Part shown: piece by piece, positions 12,801-24,915 of the stretch
How the letters are laid out: each line of letters opens with the position of its first letter
Position numbering within the stretch: position 1 is the first letter of the stretch
Source: Eledone cirrhosa
Taxonomy: Eukaryota
Reading direction: 5' to 3'
Assembly: GCA_964016885.1 (NCBI GenBank)
Contig: OZ024742.1
Span: forward strand, 350,362,001 to 350,426,000
DNA: 64,000 bases
Translations under genes and position numbers: made by a program
The notes under the pieces: generated by a model
The model's database searches: none
Seen by the model: only the letters and a program-made list of their open reading frames with translations
What the model was told of the DNA's origin: nothing

Positions 12801-13290
12801 ATATCCTGGGGGTGTAACTAGGTGTTACTGCAGGTTCACCCGGGTGAGCACTCGCACGCACACACAACCACAGCCACCACTAGATACATCCAAATACCTC
12901 AACAATCATTATCATCAACACATATCACCCCTCGCTCCCAGATCGACTGTATTATGGACCCCCCACCTCCGTCTGCCTTACCCTATAACACACCGTAACC
13001 TCTGATCATGTAATCATCTTGTCGGACACATCACCCCAGCACCACAACCATCACCATGTCCACAACACACATCGCCGTACGTCCATAAACACCTTCTAAC
13101 CGGTATTCGATCCTGTATATATATTTTTGTCCCTCACAACTCCACCACCACCACCACAAAACACAACTCCATACTTCACCAACACCAACAACGCACACCC
13201 CCACTCCCCAACCAACAATAGCGTGTGTGTCGGTGTGTAAGTATTCTTACACATACGGACGTATGAGTGTGCGTGCGTGTACGCATAGTT

Positions 13291-13326
<36 letters not shown>

Positions 13327-13364
13327 AGCGCAGGTGCATACATGTGTGTATGTGAGGGTACGTA

Positions 13365-13401
<37 letters not shown>

Positions 13402-13452
13402 ATGTGTATGCGTATGTGTATGTGTGTGTGTCTATATGTATGTGTATGTATG

Positions 13453-13716
13453 TGTAGTGGCTGAGATGGTCGCTTGGCAACTAGCAGTTGCCTCCCCTTA
13501 ACAACCCTTCAGGGAGCAGAGGCAAAAATACACCCGGACACAGCCACAGGTTCACTCACTCTTTTTGGACCACGGACATGAACAGAGGTGGAAAGATCCG
13601 CTCCTCAAAATATTGACGTTGTAGGAAATTTACTAAATTATTGCATTAAATAAAATGATTGTTAGACTTGATTGTTCATTTATTTATTCGACAAAGAGAA
13701 ACATCCCTTTCCTTTA
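13453..13716 (+). repeat. 5' LTR
   Basis: TGTAGTGG...CCTTTA; direct repeat of 18639-18902; contains AATAAA. Confidence 0.96.
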
Positions 13717-14272
13717 TTGGCGACCCTGATGATATAGAATGAAAACGCAGCCTATTGGAGTCCGAAATTCTTTTTAACGGCAATGTGGAATGGCTTAACA
13801 TTTGGAATGTCCGAATCACTTAGCGTAAGTCCATAAAATTCATTATATTCCATTTGTTGTAGCACGCATACAGACAAACACAAAAATACAACACACAAAA
13901 AAAAAAAAAAAAGGATTTCTCTGGATATAGAATTTTGCTTCCAACATTCTGTGGAAATTACAAATGGAGATATTTCGTTTTCCCGCGTTCAGCTTGTCTT
14001 CTCCAATCCCAGCCATCTGATTGGCTGCATCGTGCCACATGACGGCTTCTTCATCACGGACACATTTTTAAATCAGCCATCTTGGATTTTCTTACCATTA
14101 ATTTTAATAGAAAATGATTTTTTTTATTATTAAAATTTTTTTTAGAATATTTTTTTTTTAAAGAAAAAAAATTAGCAGTATTTCAAAACGGCTACCACCA
14201 ATTACCAGCAATCAGCAGCAACACCTGGCTAACTATTGACCAACACCAAAAAGTCATCAAATACGTGGCACC

Positions 14273-15058
14273 ATGAGTCAACATCATTTGCCGTCCTTCG
14301 AAGGCGACATCAAGTTGTGGTTTACCCAGCTGGAATGTTCCTTTGAATTGACGAAGACAAAGGAACAGCATAAGCTGAAGGTCCTGATCAATGGCCTACC
14401 TGTTTCCTTGGCATTCTCGGTGAAGGACGTTGTGACGGATTTAGACGCCGACGTTACCTACGGCTCATTAAAAAAAGAAATTCTTCGCAGAAATACCAAG
14501 TCGGTAGAGAGCCGTTTTCGGGAGTTGTTGGACGATGCTCAAATGGGTGACAGGAAGCCGAGCTCCTATTTGCGACATTTGCGGGAGTTGAGCGACTCCC
14601 AGGGGATTGACACCCCCTTCATAAAGCAACTTCTTTTCTCACGTCTACCACCAAGTGCGCAAAGGTTATTGGTCAATAGTTTAGAGAAGGATTCATTAGA
14701 GCAACTTGCCGCGTCCGCGGATAAGATACTTGAGGTGGACTCGAACAGCAATCAGCATAATCCTTATGTGGCTTCAGCTTGCGTCCCTCCACGCAGTTCT
14801 TCTGTGGCCGACAGCAAACTGTTGGAGTTGATTGAAGCTCTCACCAAAAAGGTAGAAGATTTGACGGTACATCACAGAGAGCGTTCTCAACGTTTGAGGT
14901 ATCGTTCGCCGCCGTCCTCTATTCATCGCCAGCACTACAACGCAGACAACAATAATTCTTCGTTGTGTTGGTATCATGCTAACTTCGGCAGTAGGGCGCA
15001 ACGTTGTCGCACGCCCTGTGATTACAAGAGATCGGGAAACGCAAAGCAGAGCCACTAG
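14273..15058 (+). CDS. gag: Gag with a CHCC zinc knuckle
   Basis: Intact 261-aa ORF with LPSF....LWFTQLE..F, MGDRKPSSYLRHLREL, LFSRLP and CWYHANFGSRAQRCRTPC (C-x2-H-x9-C-x3-C, typical of CsRN1/Kabuki/Boudicca). Confidence 0.93.
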   Translation: MSQHHLPSFEGDIKLWFTQLECSFELTKTKEQHKLKVLINGLPVSLAFSVKDVVTDLDADVTYGSLKKEILRRNTKSVESRFRELLDDAQMGDRKPSSYLRHLRELSDSQGIDTPFIKQLLFSRLPPSAQRLLVNSLEKDSLEQLAASADKILEVDSNSNQHNPYVASACVPPRSSSVADSKLLELIEALTKKVEDLTVHHRERSQRLRYRSPPSSIHRQHYNADNNNSSLCWYHANFGSRAQRCRTPCDYKRSGNAKQSH

Positions 15059-15077
15059 GAGCGGCTAGTGAACTCTG
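15034..15077 (+). promoter_or_regulatory. Predicted -1 programmed ribosomal frameshift signal
   Basis: G_GGA_AAC in gag phase (15034-15040), a 6-nt spacer, then the hairpin cagag-c-cactag-gagcgg-ctagtg-aa-ctctg. The -1 frame is open into protease FLVDTGA. Confidence 0.8.
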
Positions 15078-18000
15078 GGAAAACCGACCGAACCGCCATC
15101 TTTTCGTATACGACCTGAGGTCAAAAATATTTTTCCTTGTCGATACTGGCGCGTCGCTGAGTATTTGGCCAGTCAGTTATCTCAAAAAAAGCCCAGCCGA
15201 AGCAAATATAAATCTACGAGCAGTCAACCACACGGCCATTCGAACGTATGGGCAAATTTCGTTCCACTTCGGTTAAAAAATTTGCGGCGTGATTTGAAGT
15301 GGAAGTTTACTATCGCCGACTTGCCATACGCCATTTTGGGAGCGGATTTTCTCCACCATTTTTCCTTGTTGGTGGACATTCGCAGACAACGCCTTGTTGA
15401 TGCTGAAACAGGCCTTTCTTTCGAGGGTTCAGAGCCGGACGTCGCCACTGTCAGCCCTTCCTTTTTCTTGGCTGAAGTGGGCAACCAGTATCAAAGCCTG
15501 TTACATTCATTCCCTCAGTTGACGCAGGGAAAGTTACGAATAACTAGCCCGGATAATGCGATTGAACACTTCATATCCACTACAGGTCCACCTGTTTTCT
15601 CACGTCCTCGAAGGTTATCTACAGAGAAGTTGAAAGCTGCACGTCTTGAATTCGACCACATGCTGGAATTGGGAATAATTCAGCGCTCCACAAGTCCTTG
15701 GGCATCGCCTCTACATATGGTACCTAGATCTTCTGGGGATTGGAGACCGACGGGTGACTACCGACGCTTAAACGCGATTACTGTGCCTGACCGTTATCCA
15801 ATCCCGCATTTGCATGATTTTGCATCGTCATTGCAGGGTTGCAGAATCTTTTCTAAGCTTGATTTGATCCGCGCTTATAATCAAATTCCGGTTAACAAGG
15901 AGGATATCCCAAAGACTGCTATTGCCACTCCTTTTGGATCATTCGAGTTCCTCACTATGCCTTTCGGCCTTAGAAATGCTGCAAGTACCTTCCAACGATT
16001 TATGGATGATATTACTCGGGGCCTGGATTTTGTGTACACGTATATCGATGACGTGTTGATTGCTAGTTCTTCCCCTCAGCAGCATTCAAAGCATCTGGAT
16101 CTCGTATTTCGTCGTTTACAGAGATATAATGTTCGTATTAATGCTTCCAAGTGTGTCTTCGGCTCGACATCACTAACATTTTTAGGCCATCTGATTGACG
16201 CCGATGGTATTCGACTTCTTCCTGAGAAGGTTAAGGCAGTATCGGGTTTGCCTCCGCCAAGTTCACTGCGACAATTGCGTCAATTCCTGGGCCTTGTAAA
16301 TTTTTATAGGCGATTCGTACCTGGTTGTTCCAAATTGCTGTTCTCGTTGACAGAGATTTTTAAGGGTTGCCGGCGTAAGAATATGGACATTTCCTTAAAT
16401 AAAACGCAGCTTGATGATTTTAAAAAAGTGAAAAATGCGTTAGCGAACGCGTCTTTGCTCGCCCACCCAGTACCCAACGCCGAGCTATCGCTCTGTGTTG
16501 ATGCTTCGGATAGTGCCGTGGGCGCAGTCTTACAGCAGAAGTGTGATGGGGTACAGCAACTACTCGAGTTCTTTTCGAGGAAGTTAAAGCCTGCCGAAAC
16601 TCGCTATAGCACCTTTGGAATGGAGCTATTAGCAATTTATTTATCAGTGAAACATTTTGCTCATCTACTTGAAGGTAGAACATTCACCATTTTCACTGAT
16701 CATAAACCCTTGACGTTTGCTCTTCGAACTAAGGCAGACAAATACTCGCCCAGAGAAACGAGACATCTGGACTTCATCTCACAGTTCACGAACGACATTC
16801 AACATATTCCGAGTTCTTTGAATACAGCGGCCGATGCGCTGTCTCGCCTGTCGATCGCATCGATTTCGTCTTCCGAGGAGATAGATTTACATCGAATGGC
16901 AGCTGCCCAACCCACTCTCGAATCGTTGGATGTTACATCGTCAGAGTTTGTACATTGCAAACTGAAATACATTCCGATCTCAACTGCTGACGGACAGATA
17001 CTGTGTGATGTTTCGTTGGACTCACCATAACCTCTAGTCCCAGTGGAACATCGACGAACTGCGTTTCTCGCTTTACATGGCATTTCTCACCCAGGAGTAT
17101 CAGCCTCAGTAAAACTCATAACAGCCAGATTTTTCTGGCCTGGTATGAGACGTGACATTGCTGCTTGGTGTCGTTCCTGTGTCGCTTGCCAACAAGCGAA
17201 AGTTCATAGACATGTTAAGGCTCCTCTCGGAACCTTCACCTGCCCCGATGCAAGATTTCATCACATTCATGTGGACATCGTCGGCCCGTGGCCGGTTAGT
17301 CGTGGTTTTTCGTATCTTTTGACGATTGTTGACCGTTTTTCGCGTTGGCCTGAAGCCGTCCCTATAACAGATATCACCGCCGAAACCACAGTCCGTACTC
17401 TCGTATCTTCGTGGATCGCTCGTTTCGGTGTACCATCCACCATAACAACGGATCGTGGTCGTCAATTTGAGTCTAATCTCTTCCGAGAAGTAACCCAAAT
17501 CCTGGGGGCTACTCGAATAAGAACCACGGCTTACCACCCAGCCTCAAACGGAATGGTGGAAAGATTCCACAGGCAGCTCAAAGCCTCCTTAAGGGCTTCC
17601 ATGGACTCTTCACGTTGGAGCGAGTACCTACCCATTGTATTGTTGGGTATTCGGTCGACGGTAAAGGTGGACCTTGGGTTCTCCTCTGCCGAATTAGTTT
17701 ATGGTACGCCTCTGGCGTTACCGGGGCAAATGCTGGCCCCTTTTGACTTGACTTCGCAGGACCCCGCTTCCTACGTGTCCCGGCTTCACTCTTATTTCAA
17801 GGATCTACCACCGATGGGTACTAGGAAGCAGACTGGAAAAACTGCCGTCCCAAGGGATATTGCCTTGTGGACCCATGTGTTCGTTAGAGACGACGCCGTG
17901 AGACCCCCTCTTCAACGGCCGTACTCTGGACCCTATCGTGTGCTTGCTCGCACAGACAAACATTTCACACTGGACATTCGGGGTCCCAGGGAAACGGTTT

Positions 18001-18161
18001 CCGTTGATCGTCTCAAACGAGCAAACCTGGACAATGACACAATGACACTTGAAACTCAAATGCCCCCCTCTTTTTCTTTGCCACACAGGCCTATTTCTCC
18101 CCCCCCCATCAACACACAGAACTACGACCCGTTCTGGGCGAAGGGTACATTGGCCCCGTAA
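15034..18161 (+). pseudogene. pol: Pol polyprotein (protease, RT, RNase H, integrase) with one frameshift and one nonsense codon
   Basis: [10 protein letters not shown] at about 15133; frameshift near 15265; ILGADFL, YIDDVL, VDAS, FTDHKPL, ADALSR; in-frame TAA at 17028-17030; [21 protein letters not shown] and GPY motifs. Confidence 0.94.
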
Positions 18162-18638
18162 GCTATGCAGTAATATAAACTGAATTGTATTTTTCTTTTT
18201 CCTTCCAATTGTTTTTGTTTTACATTGCATTTTGTTACTTTTTGATTCTTGACTGCCTACGGCAGTGTCAATATATTATATTTTGCGTAACATTACGACT
18301 GTTGTCAATTCTGACACAGTCCATTCTTTTTTTTTTTTTAGTGCATCTTTATAACTATGCTACATATGGCATTTTCATTGCCTAGCAAAACATTTTTTTT
18401 CTTGTTTATCGCATCTGGGGCCCCTTTATTGCGAAGAGTGTTATCTTTTCATGTATTTTGCATCTTTTACTGTACGTTTTTTTTTTTTTTTTTTTTTTTT
18501 TTTCTGTGTTAATGCTTGCAGACATGAACCTATTTATTATTATTTTTTTTAATTTGTGGATACATTCTTCTACATTTTGTAAACTACCTTCGCTTCATTG
18601 TTAACGATTTTTCGACAAAAAATCTGCTCCGAGGTGAA

Positions 18639-18902
18639 TGTAGTGGCTGAGATGGTCGCTTGGCAACTAGCAGTTGCCTCCCCTTAACAACCCTTCAGGG
18701 AGCGGAGGCAAAAATACACCCGGATACAGCCACAGGTTCACTCACTCTTTTTGGACCACGGACATGAACAGACGTGGAAAGATCCGCTCCTCAAAATATT
18801 GACGTTGTAGGAAATTTACTAAATTATTGCATTAAATAAAATGATTGTTAGACTTGATTGTTCATTTATTTATTCGACAAAGAGAAACATCCCTTTCCTT
18901 TA
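18639..18902 (+). repeat. 3' LTR
   Basis: Direct repeat of the 5' LTR, preceded by the purine-rich gaggtgaa and followed by TSD TATG. Confidence 0.96.
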
Positions 18903-19946
18903 TATGTGTGTATATGTGCACGTCTACATATAGGTATATGGGTGAATCTGACTATATGTGTAGGTGAGCTCATGTGCGTGCATGTATGTGTATATGTGCG
19001 TGTATATCTGTGTATTGCCTGTACATGTGTGTGTGTGTGTATATCTATGTATATATATATATATCTATATCTATATATATGTATATATATGTATGTGTGT
19101 GTGTATATATATGTATGTGTATGTATATGCTTGAGTATACGTGTGTGTGAGTGAGTATGTGTATATTTTGTATACGTGAGTGTGAGTCCAGGAGCCCATA
19201 CCCATATGTATGTATGGGTATATGTGTGTGTACGTATGTATGTAAAACACCTTCTACATTGCCTCTCACCTTCCCCCCATCTCCGTCGTTCGCCATCCCC
19301 AACGATACTCCCCCACTCTCTATATTCTTATCCGCACGCGCACACGCACATACATGTCGGTACATATACATATGGCCGTGTGTGAGCGTGTGTCGATATG
19401 TGTGGGCATGGATGTGCGTGTGTGTTGTGTGGAGGGTGTGTTTATACAACAATATGTGTGCACATATATACCTATATGTGTGTGCGTATAGGTATATACA
19501 AAGCATCTACCAGACGATGAGCGTCTAGCTATGTATCTAGGTATTGACCTTGACGCCACCAATACATCCCCCATACCACCACAAACACCACTACCATAGA
19601 CAGCGGCACCAATACCACACCCCCCACACACGCCAACCCGTCTACTGACAACCCACTAACCTCATACCACAGGCCATCCCACTAAGCAACCATAACCACC
19701 ACCATATCATAACATCCACCCCCACATACTCTACACGCTAAGGCCAATCAACCACCATCACACTACAGCCCATCTCATCCACCCATCGTCACCAACATCT
19801 CACCATCACACCCACCCCCATATACACTACAGGCCAATACATCGCCTTGATCTTTCTCACCAATCAAAACAACTCATTTTGTCAAACTCTTGAATATCTG
19901 ACTTTATCTCATAGCATGTATTTCATTTTCTTATAGCATTTTGGGA

Positions 19947-20033
19947 AGGTCCGTCGAGCTGCGGATTATTGAGTCGGGTAGGATCGATATAGTTCGAACC
20001 TTGAGCTGATCAGTGGCGAAACGCGCGTCACCT
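19947..20033 (+). ncRNA. Degenerate hammerhead with long stem II
   Basis: aggt CCGTCGA gctgcggatt...gatcagtggc GAAAC GCGC GTC acct, then AATAAA and (TA)n. The palindromic stem III is typical of PLE hammerheads; the core has two changes from CTGACGA. Confidence 0.6.
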
Positions 20034-20875
20034 ATCAATAAATGCAATGAAGGAATAATCAATCGTCCTTTTTAGCCTTTCTATATATATATATATATAC
20101 AGATAGACACATATATACATATATGTGGGCGTACGCATTCGTGAAACTCAACGACTTCTAAACCCTAATTAACCACATAAACAATATTATTACTTCCACT
20201 CCTCCACAATGGATTATATTCGGAATCAACTATACTTCTCGACATTTAAATCATTAAAAAAGAGACAAACTTTGAAACTGATATCTATAATAAACGAACC
20301 GATTCTAAACAATAAATGCCGTCCAACACATACCAAGACAAACATTTCGTTTAATCTAGCAAGACGTATTTGCAGTATTGTTTAATATTACGAAACTCGG
20401 AATAAAATACTTCAAGAAATAAAACAAATACCTCTTGAAAGATAATACCCATCTATGTTAATAGATAACGGAATAGAACCCTCTAAAGCAATAGTTATCC
20501 AAGAACTACGAAAATCCACCCCTCCCTCACCCCTCTTAACTTCAAATATGCTCAATTCTCCATCCCAGGAAATAGAGAGAAATACATTATTAATTAGGGC
20601 GGTGGATTGGCAGATAAAATAAAGTACCAGTAATGCACTGGTGTATTGCTGACCTTGTGCCTAAAGTAGAAACAATTATTAATTAGAATATTCCATTATT
20701 GAGACGAGACCGAAGAATGCGAAATAGCAGCCGAAATACCCAAAATAATCAAATGCAAAACACTAGCAAAAGAACTACTCGGCACTGCCAAACTACCCAC
20801 CACAAACCTAACAGCAACAGTAAAAAATTCGGAGTAATTGAAAAACTTTTACGAATATTATTTAAAATACATCGA

Positions 20876-21047
20876 GGGCGGTGAATTGGCAGTATTGGTA
20901 GAGAGTAGCGTAGTTACGTCTCTTTACGATCTGAGTTCAAATCACGCCGAGGTTAACTTTGCCTTTCATCCTTACGGGGTCGATAAAATATAGTACCAGT
21001 AATGTACTGGGTATTTGCTGGCCTTGTGCCAAAATAGAAACGATTAT
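20876..21047 (+). mobile_element. tRNA-derived SINE (family A)
   Basis: A-box-like tggcagtattgg, B-box gagttcaaatc, central gcctttcatccttacggggtcgataaaat; flanked by the repeated tatttaaaatacatcga. Confidence 0.85.
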
Positions 21048-21368
21048 TTAAAATACATCGAAGAAGTTTGAATTAGGACAACATTTTTAATCTGAACAAT
21101 AATTTCCCCTGTTCAGTAACCGCTACTGGCAAGGCCACTATTTTCCTCCACTAACTGATTAGACTTGTCTTTTGTGTTTTTCAATCCAGATATATTTTTC
21201 ATTTTTATTTTTATTTTTTATTTTTGCGCAGCCAATCTTACAATTTTATATTTGTACTTACTTATCCACAAGTTTTTTACACCCTGTATCAATATGGCTG
21301 AACGCCTTAATGTGTGTATACTTTTATATATGTACATGAGTGACTACGTATGTGCGCGCGCGTGCGTG

Positions 21369-21415
<47 letters not shown>

Positions 21416-22198
21416 ATAAGTATGCGTGTGTGTGTGTATGTATATATTATGCGTATGTGTATGTCTTTATATCCGTGTTTTTGACATCTCGGTTTTATGT
21501 TTTGTTCCTTTTTTCTTCTCCCCCCCCCCTTCCCTTTTTTTACTTACTCAGTTTTATGCGTGTGCATGCATACAGGTCAATATGCGTGAGTGTAAGTATG
21601 TGTGTGTGTGTGTGTGTGTATGTACGTATCGAACGTATGGATGTGTAAGTGCGCGTGTGTATATAAGCATATATATTTTTGCGTTTCTTTTGTGAGACAT
21701 GCGTGTCTGCGTATGTATGTACCCCTTTTTTTGTCTTTTTGTCTTCTTTTCTTTAATTTTTTTTTTTTTTTTTCTTTCTAAAATTTTTCTTTCTAATTTA
21801 TTGTTACATTTTTATAAATATATCGAGATTGATACTTTCCTTTAATTATTACACTCCCTTACCTCTTTTACTTCCGCATCTAAGTGTACGAGTGTGCAGG
21901 CGTTTTATGCGCGCGCCTTCATATTCATATATTTATGATGTAACTATTCTGTCTGTAGATTACAGACATTCAGATACATTTGCCCTAAATTTTAGAATTA
22001 CGCACACTTTTTCACTATACGTATACATGTGTGTATATACATATATGCACATCTGTGAGCGTATATACATACATATACACACACCTAACTATATTTCTTG
22101 ATAGATTTTTATATATTTCAATTTCTAATTCATTTGTCTATATCTTTTTTTGATTTTCTTGATGAGTTTTTCTAAGTATTTACCCATGTTTTATATTG

Positions 22199-22268
22199 CC
22201 TCGTCTGACGAACGAATGAAGACGTTTATTTCGTATTCGCTTCATTCGGGAAACCTCTGGTAATGAGG
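22199..22268 (+). ncRNA. Type I hammerhead ribozyme, canonical core
   Basis: cctcgt CTGACGA a-cgaatgaag...cttcattcg-g GAA ACC tct GGT A atgagg; 9-bp stem II, GUA triplet. Confidence 0.85.
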
Positions 22269-22294
22269 AAATTATATTGTATTGATTTTTATAC

Positions 22295-22349
<55 letters not shown>

Positions 22350-22376
22350 CCACACACATAGCCCCCCCCCCCCCCC

Positions 22377-22413
<37 letters not shown>

Positions 22414-22525
22414 TAAGAGGAATTCCAACTTTGTCTGATTTACTCGTTTTATTTACAAGCCTTTAAAATTTATAATGGTATTATAATGAAATAGTATGAT
22501 AGAATATTAAATGTTAAGTGTTAAT

Positions 22526-22564
22526 TGAACAAGTACTTTCATGCTTTCGCAATCTTCAGGTTCA
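22526..22564 (-). ncRNA. Minimal hammerhead ribozyme, canonical core, palindromic stem III
   Basis: tgaac CTGAAGA t-tgc-gaaa-gca-t GAA AGTACT T gttca. Confidence 0.85.
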
Positions 22565-23001
22565 TAATTGTTTTTACTTTAGGCACAAAGCCAGCAATTA
22601 CGCAGTGCATTACTGGTACTAATGTGTGGTGACAGTCAAGTTTGCAATTTTCAACTGTAATGAGATGGGTAAATTGTGTGCCTTATATACAGTGAAAAGT
22701 GGCTCCAGAATGCTAAATCTTGCAAACTGTATTTCGACCAATCGGTGTGTAGTTTCACTGAATTACTAAAGCTGATTGGTTTAAGCGTCACGGTTGGTTG
22801 AGCATGTCTAACGACCAATAATTGATGCTATCCAAAGCATCAATTGTTAAGCTATTTTTAGAAATGATGAAAATAACATTTTCTAGTAATCATCACCATC
22901 AACATCACTTTTATTATTATTATTGTTGTTGTTGTTGCTGTTGGTCGTAGTCGATATGGTCGTAGTCATAGTCATAGTAGAAGTAATACCCCTAAGCGTT
23001 A

Positions 23002-23205
23002 TTATTGTTCATTTAGCTTGGGTTTGAATTTATCAATAAAATTCTTTTCTTTGATTTTTCTCTTGATTTCACTTGGGCTGTGTAATTTGTAGAATGGGAA
23101 TATTATAAATATTCCCTGACCACATGTTGCTAGATGGTTACTTAGGGGTATCTGACGGACATTTGGGTCTCTGATTTGCTGACGGTGTACCCGTGCACGT
23201 TCCGA
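23002..23205 (-). pseudogene. PLE GIY-YIG endonuclease C-terminal half
   Basis: RARVHRQQIRDPNVRQIPLSNHLATCGQG.F.IFPFYKL....RKIKEKNFIDKFKPKLN, including the conserved R..H, E and terminal LN. Confidence 0.85.
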
Positions 23206-23363
23206 TCGGAACGAGTACGGGTACACCGTCAGCAAATTAACACTTAACATTTAATAATACCATTACAAATTTTAAAGAATTGTAAATAAAACGAGTAAAT
23301 CAGACAAAGTTGGAATTCCTCTTATTAATATAATCTTCTATACACGATCATACAAACCCGTGT

Positions 23364-23426
<63 letters not shown>

Positions 23427-24232
23427 TCTCTCTCTCTATATATATATATATATTATTTGTTAATTTGCCTACTTTCTGTATTTATTTTAGTTTAGTTTTC
23501 ATATCTGACAAGATGAAATAAAAATAGAAAATTTTAAAATAATTTAAAAGAACCGAACATAAATTTAGTAATATTTCATTGATCATCATTCGTTCTTATG
23601 ACTCCTTAATTGACATATTTCAAATGTTGCGTTTTATAAAAGCCCCCACACCAAAAACAACATAAAACGAAACAAAACAAAGCATTACCAAGATAAAAAA
23701 ACAGTGAATCAACATCGAACCAAAATTAAACTAACCATATACGAAGTCATTAGAATGCAACTTAACTTCTAATCCGGATTAAAATATGTGTAGACCGAAA
23801 TAATGCTTAAGCTTACAAAATCAATATAAATTTCTGAGTTTTTGTACGTATTTAAAATACTGAGAATGAGAAATATCTATAAGATAAATGACAAAACAAG
23901 ATAGAACTACAATAGATTAAAAAGAGATGATGAGGTATACAGAGACGTCAATGCTTTGTGTAATACAAAATACTTTGAGTCATCAATAGGACAGTATTGA
24001 AGACACTAAGATAATGGGTCAATGTAGAGAAGATATAGGAAAAATTGAAAACAATACGGAGATATGTTTTTGAAGTTATTTCTATATTTCTATTGTAAGA
24101 TGGCTTAAAACTATTTATTCCAGTCTAATATATTTGACTATTTTATTAACATTTTATTTGTTTACTTGTTTCAGTAGAGACGATTTAATACCGTGTAGAA
24201 CTCGAAGTTGTAGCGCGGTCGTTTCATCAGGC

Positions 24233-24318
<86 letters not shown>

Positions 24319-24320
<2 letters not shown>

Positions 24321-24544
24321 CAGTAAATAATTATAAAAAGAAAAAAATAGATTTCAACTTATCGTGGAATACCATTCTACAAAGTACTCCATATCTTGGG
24401 AACAGGAGGGAATGCAGATTAAGTTCAGTGGAGATTTTGGAAATTACTAAATCTAAGGACGATTTATTAAATAAAAGACAAGAACTGATTATAGTTTGTA
24501 ATCACCGTATACGAAGAACATTTAAATACTATAAATCTAATTAA
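24319..24544 (+). pseudogene. PLE (Neptune-type) GIY-YIG C-terminal fragment
   Basis: DFNLSWNTIL.STPY....ECRLSSVEILEI....LLNKRQELIIVCNHR aligns with the ends of the 1-558 and 4477-4908 frames. Confidence 0.75.
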
Positions 24545-24828
24545 ATATTCTAAATAGCAACTCACTATAATTCTATATAGAGTAACATTTGTTAGTACCC
24601 CTTTTCCCTAATTATATGCATTCATGCTTATCTTTTACCTTTTAATGTTTTAGATTCCTTAGGTTTATGCGTTAATGACTAAAGGCAACAAGGTACACAA
24701 CCACCCGTAATTGCATGAGTAAATATATATCATTGTAAGTATGATATGGGAATATATTTATGAGAAAAACCACAGACCCTCTATCTCAACTCACCTTTTG
24801 AAAAGCAGAAGAACTGCGAAACCGGTAA

Positions 24829-24915
<87 letters not shown>

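Larger units (their letters stand above)
13453..18902 (+). mobile_element. Full-length Ty3/Gypsy LTR retrotransposon, CsRN1-like lineage, pol disabled
   Basis: 264-bp LTRs at 13453-13716 and 18639-18902 (3 mismatches by eye), 4-bp TSD TATG, PBS-like TGGCGACCC after the 5' LTR, and gag then PR-RT-RH-IN order. Confidence 0.97.
20130..22297 (+). mobile_element. Decayed Penelope-like element (RT C-terminal/thumb remnant, 3' UTR, hammerhead) interrupted by SINEs
   Basis: About 20270-20510 translates with frameshifts as ETDIYNKRTDSKQ...HTKTNISFNLARRICSIV...YPSMLIDNGIE. SINE pieces lie at about 20597-20680 and 20876-21050. Confidence 0.78.
22408..23370 (-). mobile_element. 5'-truncated PLE with an inverted terminal repeat
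   Basis: GIY-YIG C-terminus at 23002-23205, hammerhead at 22526-22564, and 22408-22525 is the reverse complement of 23234-23332. Confidence 0.88.

Noticed and set aside
14566-18230. Antisense ORFs within the Gypsy element (and similar ones within the LINE)
   Set aside because: They are shadow frames of GC-richer coding sequence with no recognisable motifs.
18162-18638. env-like third ORF in the Gypsy element
   Set aside because: The region is short, T-rich and low-complexity; the 66-aa hydrophobic ORF reflects base composition.
24161-24234. Minus-strand CTGATGA...GAAACaaGTA as a functional hammerhead
   Set aside because: Stem I does not pair well and there are extra bases before GAAA; counted only as a probable remnant.
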